Shown here one piece after another: positions 26,029 through 32,000 of a stretch of 32,000 nt of DNA. The DNA is taken from NCBI RefSeq assembly GCF_000619845.1, contig NZ_JHUX01000003.1, positions 1,600,064 to 1,632,063 on the forward strand, given 5' to 3'. Within the stretch, counting starts at the first letter, position 1, and the number at the start of each line of letters is the position of its first letter. The notes beneath the pieces are model-generated. The model worked only from the letters and a program-made list of their open reading frames with translations, ran no database searches and was not told the origin of the DNA. Position numbers and translations under genes: made by a program. The DNA is from Alkanindiges illinoisensis DSM 15370 (GTDB taxonomy: Bacteria > Pseudomonadota > Gammaproteobacteria > Pseudomonadales > Moraxellaceae).

Positions 26029-27891
26029 ATGTCCCGTATTTTTGTACCGTCTGCCCTGACGGCAGCCATTCTTTCTGCCAGCATATTGCCAGCTACCGCA
26101 GCCATTACAGTTTTAGATGCCAATTCTTCGGCTGCATTACCTATTATTGTGGTCACTGCCAGCAAGACACCCGAAGCCATTGAACAAGTTCCTGCCCGAA
26201 TTTCCATAATTGATGAACAAACCATCCAGCAATCCCCTATTGCTGACCTACCGCACCTGTTGCAACGCGAAGCAGCATTAAACATTGTGCAACTTGGAAG
26301 TTATGGCCAGCAAACCTCAATTTTTACCCGTGGCACAGAATCTGACCATACCTTGGTATTAAAAGATGGTGTACGCACCAACACTGGCTCTATCAGTGCT
26401 GCAAATATTAACTTGTTTGATCTTTCAGATGTTTCACGTATTGAAGTGCTCAAAGGGCCAGCTTCTGTACAGTATGGTTCTGATGCGATTGGCGGTGTGA
26501 TTCAGCTCATTAGTGAAGCACCCAAAAAACAAAAACTGTTTACTACGATGGAAGGCGGCGAGCTGGACACCTACAAAGCAATTGTAGGCGCTGATTTGGT
26601 ACAGGATGACGCTTATGTGCAGGTTCGTGGACAGCGTCTTGAAACTGCTGGATCGCCAGTAACTGATGCTCCTACTGCTAAAGATGCTGATTATGACCAA
26701 AAGGGCTACAGTATTAAAGCTGGCATTGATAATGAACAGTTTGGCGCATCTGCTCAGTTGCAGGAAAACAAAGGGAATGTTCGTTACAATCCTTCTTTGT
26801 CTGGAAATCAGGATTTTCTAAATCGTATAATTAACTTGAAAGGTAATTATAATATTAATGCTGATTTTAAAGTTAATGCGCGCTACTCCCAATTCCGTGA
26901 TGACCTAAGCCAAAAAAATAACAGTAGCTTCTTTGATACTGAAACAAATGAAGGTGATCTTTCTGCACAATGGAATTTCCTACCTGCCCAGAACCTTTTG
27001 TTCGGATTAACCGATCGTAAAACTGAAGTAGACTCTGCGCTTTACAGTAACAAAGACCTTAAAACAACCGGATATTATTTGCAGCACCAATATCAGGCTG
27101 ATGGCTTAAGCACACAAGCAGGGGTTAGGGTTGAGGATGACGATAAATACGGTACACACACCGTAGGTCAATTGGCAGGGCGTTTCCAGTTAGCGCCTCA
27201 GACCAGTGTCTATGCCAACATTGGCAGTGCATTTAAAGCACCCACCGCAAATGAGCTTTATTACTTGTCATCCTACACTTATAATGGTGTTACATATATC
27301 ACTCTAGGCAACCCTGATCTTAAGCCGGAAGAAAGCCTATCTTATGAACTGGGAATTGACCAGAATATTATGCAAGGCCTTGATATTTATCTTTCTGCTT
27401 ATCAGACCAAAGTCAAAAACCTGATTGATTATGTCAGTGGCTTTCCAATTTCAACTTATGAAAATGTGAGCAAAGCCAAATTCACAGGTGGTGAAGCAGG
27501 CTTGAAGTGGAAGCAGGATAACTGGTTTGCCAGTACTGAATATGCCTATGTTAAAGCAGAAAATGAAACCACACATACAGAGCTAACCCGTCGTCCACGC
27601 CAGACTGCTACTTTAAGTGCGGGTTGGGACAATAGTATTTATGGCGTTAGTGCCAGTCTAGTGGCCAAAAGCCGTGCTAAGGAATATAGCGCCAACAACC
27701 CTACCTCGGGTTTTATGACTGCCAATCTGAGTGGGTTTTATCAATATAATCCTAATATTCGCGTGTTTGCCAATATTCAGAATATTGGTGACAACACGTA
27801 CAAAACTGCCTTGTACAGTGACTTTCCAAGCGCCGAGTACTATATCGCCGCACCACGCCAAGCCACCGCAGGTATTACCTTAAGCTACTAA
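26029..27891 (+). CDS. btuB: TonB-dependent vitamin B12 receptor BtuB
   Basis: Signal peptide MSRIFVPSALTAAILSASILPATAA, TonB-box-like PIIVVTAS, plug and 22-strand barrel length, B12 riboswitch upstream. Start at ATG 26029 (GGAG 8 nt upstream) or ATG 26011. Confidence 0.88.
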   Translation: MSRIFVPSALTAAILSASILPATAAITVLDANSSAALPIIVVTASKTPEAIEQVPARISIIDEQTIQQSPIADLPHLLQREAALNIVQLGSYGQQTSIFTRGTESDHTLVLKDGVRTNTGSISAANINLFDLSDVSRIEVLKGPASVQYGSDAIGGVIQLISEAPKKQKLFTTMEGGELDTYKAIVGADLVQDDAYVQVRGQRLETAGSPVTDAPTAKDADYDQKGYSIKAGIDNEQFGASAQLQENKGNVRYNPSLSGNQDFLNRIINLKGNYNINADFKVNARYSQFRDDLSQKNNSSFFDTETNEGDLSAQWNFLPAQNLLFGLTDRKTEVDSALYSNKDLKTTGYYLQHQYQADGLSTQAGVRVEDDDKYGTHTVGQLAGRFQLAPQTSVYANIGSAFKAPTANELYYLSSYTYNGVTYITLGNPDLKPEESLSYELGIDQNIMQGLDIYLSAYQTKVKNLIDYVSGFPISTYENVSKAKFTGGEAGLKWKQDNWFASTEYAYVKAENETTHTELTRRPRQTATLSAGWDNSIYGVSASLVAKSRAKEYSANNPTSGFMTANLSGFYQYNPNIRVFANIQNIGDNTYKTALYSDFPSAEYYIAAPRQATAGITLSY

Positions 27892-27913
27892 TCAGTTAAG
27901 ATTATCCCTGAAT

Positions 27914-27951
27914 AAAGCTTCTGCTTCTTTTAGACAGAAGCTTTATTTTTT
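27914..27951 (+). terminator. rho-independent terminator after btuB
   Basis: Perfect 10-bp stem AAAGCTTCTG (27914-27923) / CAGAAGCTTT (27935-27944), followed by ATTTTTT. Confidence 0.8.
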
Positions 27952-28024
27952 GCGGTATAAGCGATTTAATGAACATCAATTTCAGATTTTTATCTTTCTG
28001 ATATGCATTTATGGAATATCAATC

Positions 28025-28591
28025 ATGGGACATCGGTTAAGCAAGATTTACACAAAAACAGGTGATGACGGCAGCACTGGCCTTGGTGATGGCAGCCGTG
28101 TGCCCAAGGATGATTTAAGAGTTGAAGCCTATGGCACGGTGGATGAACTCAACAGTTTTGTCGGTGTGCTGCGTGCACAGCTTAATGTTGCTAGTTCTCC
28201 CCTGCCACATGATCTGGACAGCCAGTTAAGCCGCATCCAGCATGAACTGTTTGATCTGGGCGGTGAACTGTGCATTCCCAATTTTATCTTGGTTAAGGAG
28301 CACAGCATCCAGCGTCTTGAGCAGGAAATTGACCGTATGAATGAAGCCTTGCCGATGCTCAAGGATTTTATTCTGCCAGCAGGTTCACTGGCCGTATCTT
28401 ATGCGCATGCCGCGCGCAGTATTTGCCGACGTGCCGAACGCCATGTATATAGCCTAAGCCAGCGCGATGACAATATTTCCCCACTGGCGCTGCAATACCT
28501 AAATCGCCTGTCCGACTGGCTGTTTGTGGCTGCCCGTCATATTAGTCGTGAAGATGGCGGCACGGAAGTGTTATGGGTTAAGACTGAATAA
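28025..28591 (+). CDS. ATP:cob(I)alamin adenosyltransferase, PduO/MMAB type
   Basis: The N-terminus MGHRLSKIYTKTGDDGSTGL is the family signature, with LQHELFDLGGEL and RAICRRAER-like motifs. The ORF-track start at 27950 lies inside the btuB terminator, so the ATG at 28025 is preferred. Confidence 0.88.
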   Translation: MGHRLSKIYTKTGDDGSTGLGDGSRVPKDDLRVEAYGTVDELNSFVGVLRAQLNVASSPLPHDLDSQLSRIQHELFDLGGELCIPNFILVKEHSIQRLEQEIDRMNEALPMLKDFILPAGSLAVSYAHAARSICRRAERHVYSLSQRDDNISPLALQYLNRLSDWLFVAARHISREDGGTEVLWVKTE

Positions 28592-28704
28592 ATTTAGCCT
28601 ATTGTTATGCTTTAAACTGTTTTTCATCATCACTGCTAACTTTTAAGGCACACTGCGGTCATTACACATATATTGTCATTATCATACAGATCGCAAGGAT
28701 AAAT

Positions 28705-29436
28705 ATGCGCTTGATTGGTCATCGCGGGGCACGTAACGAAGCACCGGAAAATACCCTTGGCGGGTTTAAGCACATCATTGCGCTTGGGCTTAAAGCAGTG
28801 GAGTTTGATGTGCGCTTGTTGCAGGATCAGCAGCTTGCAGTCATCCACGATGATAACTTTTTGCGCACCACCGGGCTTGACCAAACCATTGCCATGACCA
28901 GCAGTTACCAGCTGGCGCATACGGACAATCGGGTGGGCTGGGATCACTGGCCACAGGCAGAGCCAACGCCGCTGCTGGCTGAAGTACTGGACTTGATTCG
29001 CCATTTTGAACATATCGAAGTGGAAATCAAGGCAGTCAATGATGAGCAACAGGCCCAGCTTATTGCCAGTAAACTGCATCAGGTTCTAGAAGGCTGGCAG
29101 GATCGGGTGACCTTTACCTCTTTTGACCTTAAAGTACTGGAAGCCTTTAAAAGCCTCAATTCCAGTTTTCAGCGTGGCTTACTGGTGGAATTGCCATTGG
29201 GTGATGCCATTATCCCGATTGCCAAACAGCTGGGTTGCCAGCGTATTGGCCTGCGGGACAGCTTTGCCACGCAGGATTTAATTGAAAAAATCCGTTTTGA
29301 ACAACTGCAGTGTAGTGTCTGGACGGTCAATAATGTAGAACGTGCCCGGCAACTGGCCAGCTGGAAAATCGACGGGCTGATTACTGATGTGCCCAGTCAA
29401 ATGCTGGCCGCGCACATTGAAGGCTGTTTTCTATAA
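28705..29436 (+). CDS. glycerophosphodiester phosphodiesterase family protein (GDPD/UgpQ-like)
   Basis: The N-terminal catalytic motif IGHRGARNEAPENTLGGF...VEFDV...IHDD is typical of PF03009. Confidence 0.85.
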   Translation: MRLIGHRGARNEAPENTLGGFKHIIALGLKAVEFDVRLLQDQQLAVIHDDNFLRTTGLDQTIAMTSSYQLAHTDNRVGWDHWPQAEPTPLLAEVLDLIRHFEHIEVEIKAVNDEQQAQLIASKLHQVLEGWQDRVTFTSFDLKVLEAFKSLNSSFQRGLLVELPLGDAIIPIAKQLGCQRIGLRDSFATQDLIEKIRFEQLQCSVWTVNNVERARQLASWKIDGLITDVPSQMLAAHIEGCFL

Positions 29437-29457
29437 CATTTTCTGTAAATTTTTTGT

Positions 29458-30036
29458 CTATTGGCCTGCACGTGCTGTCATCAGCAAAGCACCATTCTGG
29501 TCATATAAATAAAGCATATTTTGCTGCAACTGATAACGGGTTACTCGTCCCAGCACATCCATAATTTCGGCTTCCTGGGCCAGTGCATCATCACAGGCCA
29601 TATGCCCGGCCAGAGCCTGAATTTTAAGGGCTTGTGGTTCAGCAATCTGGTAGTTGCCCGTTAAGGCATTGCAGCCTGTAGAACCGGAAATCGTTTTTGC
29701 AGCGGATTGCAAAAACAGGTATGGGCGATTGATAAATGGCTGGGGGTTTTTACTGTTAATAGACACCAAATCCCATCTAAAATCTGTCAATCCGGGAATA
29801 CCGACGTTCTTAACTGCAAGGGGCCGATAAGCTGTGGTACTGGCAGGCGGCTGATGTGAGGTTGCTTTTGCGGTGGAGGCAGTTGAATTGGTGATTTTTT
29901 GAGTTACAATTTTTTGTGCTGGTGTTGACTGACACGCTGTAATTGCTAAGCTACTGCTTAATAAGACAAGTTTTAGCCACCCTAATCTGGTCGGACAATT
30001 TGACGCAAGTGCCTGTTGCTGTAATGGGTCAGACAT
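29458..30036 (-). CDS. META domain lipoprotein (HslJ-like)
   Basis: Lipobox LAITAC after a hydrophobic segment, then W.L...SGSTGCNALTGNY typical of the META domain. AAGGAG sits 5 nt before the ATG at 30036. Confidence 0.75.
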   Translation of the reverse strand: MSDPLQQQALASNCPTRLGWLKLVLLSSSLAITACQSTPAQKIVTQKITNSTASTAKATSHQPPASTTAYRPLAVKNVGIPGLTDFRWDLVSINSKNPQPFINRPYLFLQSAAKTISGSTGCNALTGNYQIAEPQALKIQALAGHMACDDALAQEAEIMDVLGRVTRYQLQQNMLYLYDQNGALLMTARAGQ

Positions 30037-30247
30037 GACATCTCCTTTTCAATAATTTTCAATGGGTTAAATCGTTAAATCTGACTTGCAGAAAAATCCA
30101 GCCGATTGGTATTGTTTGACTAGTGAACATCTGTTCGCCATGTTATGATGACGATAAACCGCGCACTAAATACGTCGATTATAGTGAGCTGTCATTCCCT
30201 GCCTTGTATTCCCCTCTTATCTGTTTTGTTGCGGAGCTTTATTGGAC

Positions 30248-31438
30248 ATGAATTCCTCTCCTGCTCGTCCTCCCATTAACTGGCCTGCAGTGATTGTGTT
30301 GCTGGGTACGCCACTGGCCGCCTTGATCTTAATTCCGTGGTATGCCTGGAATCATGATTTTTCAATGGCCGCGTGGATCAGCTTTCTGGTATTTTTTGCG
30401 TGGAGTGGCCTTGGCATTACTGCTGGCTACCATCGCCTGTGGGCACACCGTGCCTATGAAGCCGCATGGCCGGTGCGTTTTGTATTAATGCTGGGTGGCA
30501 CCCTGGCCATTCAAAATACAATCCTGTTCTGGGCATCAGGCCACCGTACCCATCATCGCCATGTGGATCATGTGGATAAAGACCCGTATTCAGCCAAGCG
30601 TGGATTCTGGTACTCACACATCGGCTGGATGCTGCGGGATTATTCCAGCGGTACACCCGACTATAAAAATGCGCCTGACCTGCTAAAAGACAAAATGGTG
30701 ATGTTTCAGCACCGCTATTATGTTCCTATGGTAATCCTGACCAATATTGGCTTTCCAGTTGCACTGGGCCTGATGGTTGGCGACCTCTGGGGCGTGGTAC
30801 TGCTGGCTGGCCTGCTGCGCCTGATTGCCAATCACCACGTGACTTTCTTTATCAATTCACTGTGTCATATGTTTGGCAGCCAGCCCTATACTGATGAAAA
30901 TACAGCCCGTGACAATTTCTGGCTAGCGCTGTTTACCTGGGGTGAGGGTTACCATAACTTCCATCATATTTTCCAGTATGACTACCGCAATGGGGTAAAA
31001 TGGTGGCAGTTTGACCCTACCAAATGGCTGATTTTAAGCCTGTCCAAAGTTGGCCTGACCCGCAATTTAAAGCGTATCCCGGCATTTACCATTCGCAAGG
31101 CAGAAGTTGCCATGAAGTTCAAGCGTGCTGAAAAACACCTTGAAACCTATGGCCACGACATGCATGAAGATATTGTGCACATGCGCCAGAAGATTGCCCA
31201 GGAATATGAAGCCTTTAGCGCCACCCTAAACGACTGGGCCAAGCTGAAGGAGCAAAGCATTGAAGCCAAAAAGGCTATGGTTGCAGATAAGTTTGCTGAA
31301 AAAATCCATCAGGTTGATTTACGCCTGAAAGTGGAATTCCAGCTGGTTGAGCAACGCATGCATGAACATAGCGCCCGTATGGAAACCATGATGCTGAATC
31401 TAAAGCGCTATGTCCGTCGCCAGACCAATCCGGTTTAA
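30248..31438 (+). CDS. acyl-CoA (delta-9-type) fatty acid desaturase with a C-terminal charged helical extension
   Basis: Three histidine boxes, HRLWAH, HRTHHRH and HNFHHIF, plus four hydrophobic segments. The ATG at 30248 is preferred, with TTG at 30242 as an alternative. Confidence 0.88.
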   Translation: MNSSPARPPINWPAVIVLLGTPLAALILIPWYAWNHDFSMAAWISFLVFFAWSGLGITAGYHRLWAHRAYEAAWPVRFVLMLGGTLAIQNTILFWASGHRTHHRHVDHVDKDPYSAKRGFWYSHIGWMLRDYSSGTPDYKNAPDLLKDKMVMFQHRYYVPMVILTNIGFPVALGLMVGDLWGVVLLAGLLRLIANHHVTFFINSLCHMFGSQPYTDENTARDNFWLALFTWGEGYHNFHHIFQYDYRNGVKWWQFDPTKWLILSLSKVGLTRNLKRIPAFTIRKAEVAMKFKRAEKHLETYGHDMHEDIVHMRQKIAQEYEAFSATLNDWAKLKEQSIEAKKAMVADKFAEKIHQVDLRLKVEFQLVEQRMHEHSARMETMMLNLKRYVRRQTNPV

Positions 31439-31470
31439 GTACTGGCTCGAATGATTGATGCTTTACAATA

Positions 31471-31498
31471 ATCCCGCTTCGGCGGGATGTTTATTTTG
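31471..31498 (+). terminator. rho-independent terminator after desaturase gene
   Basis: ATCCCGC TTCG GCGGGAT (31471-31488), followed by GTTTATTTT. Confidence 0.75.
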
Positions 31499-31505
31499 CT
31501 AGTGC

Positions 31506-31868
31506 TTACCGAGCGGCATATAACACGATTAACGCAATCAGGGCTGGCATGGCCTGAATATATAAAATTTTGCGGCTAGCGGTAATGGCTCCAAAAATAC
31601 CAGCGACTAGAACACAACCTAGAAAGAAAGTGGCAACCTGAACAAAAAAACCATCTTGCAGGGTTAAAGCCCAGAATAAGCCAGCTGCCAGAAAACCATT
31701 ATATAAGCCCTGATTTTGTGCCAGCACTTTGGTCAGGGCTGCTTTTTCAGGTGTATTGCCGAACGCTTTTAAGCCAAGCGGTTTATCCCACAAAAACATT
31801 TCCAGCACCAGAAAATAAACATGCAACACGCCAATTAGGCCAATCAGGATTTGCGCCAGTATTAACAT
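31506..31868 (-). CDS. DUF1304 family membrane protein
   Basis: 120 aa with 4 hydrophobic helices. ...HVYFLVLEMFLW...NQGLYNGFLAAGL matches my recollection of DUF1304. Confidence 0.7.
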   Translation of the reverse strand: MLILAQILIGLIGVLHVYFLVLEMFLWDKPLGLKAFGNTPEKAALTKVLAQNQGLYNGFLAAGLFWALTLQDGFFVQVATFFLGCVLVAGIFGAITASRKILYIQAMPALIALIVLYAAR

Positions 31869-32000
31869 TTTTTTGCCCCACCCTATAATGAGCTTTTATC
31901 ATGCTTTTTTTTAAATCATTGGCAATGGCGCTGATCGGATTTGGGGACTGATTTTTAAACTGATCAGACAGTAAAAAATCTTGCAGCAAAAAAATGCAAT

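Noticed and set aside
25998-26285. 95-aa minus-strand ORF
   Set aside because: It is antisense to the btuB signal peptide/plug region and overlaps the riboswitch expression platform.
28636-29079. 147-aa minus-strand ORF
   Set aside because: It is antisense to the GDPD gene, whose N-terminal catalytic motif (HRGxxxxxPENT) is unambiguous.
31783-31989. 68-aa minus-strand ORF overlapping the DUF1304 start
   Set aside because: It is out of frame with and overlaps the better-supported DUF1304 gene. The upstream part is AT-rich promoter-like DNA.

Overview
32-kb chromosomal segment of a gammaproteobacterium that looks Moraxellaceae/Acinetobacter-like. That call rests on my recollection of SecA/ArgJ/Trp protein sequences and of a trpFB versus trpA-accD-folC layout, and cannot be verified here. 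Left edge (1 to ~1628): one terminus of an integrated P2/phiCTX-type prophage. It holds the 3' part of the portal gene, its terminator, a C-rich cos-like tract, then ~660 bp of AT-rich, ORF-poor DNA full of short repeated motifs that ends exactly at the 3' CCA of tRNA-His. Next comes a tRNA-Pro/Arg/His operon with a near-consensus promoter. The rest is mostly housekeeping: nadA, a Prx5-type peroxiredoxin, argJ, an MliC-like protein, secA, a 1-Cys peroxiredoxin, pirin, GFA, and a tightly coupled trpA-accD-folC-SPOR (DedD-like) operon. A ~7-kb mixed-orientation block separates trpA from trpFB: NhaC-family transporter, O-methyltransferase, P-loop kinase-like protein, DUF2804-like protein, AraC regulator with a PF10118-like protein, an AT-rich small membrane ORF, and a DUF1543-like protein. 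After trpFB come osmC, a cobalamin riboswitch-btuB-PduO-type adenosyltransferase module, a GDPD, a META lipoprotein, an acyl-CoA desaturase and DUF1304. I found no CRISPR array, IS element, rRNA, recognisable toxin-antitoxin pair or known defence system, and no compelling novel multi-gene system. The places most worth a second look are the prophage/tRNA junction with its apparently empty cargo slot, the block splitting the trp genes (uncharacterised genes, AT-rich orphan ORF, di-iron-like 'hydrolase'), and the expanded repeat-containing SPOR protein.
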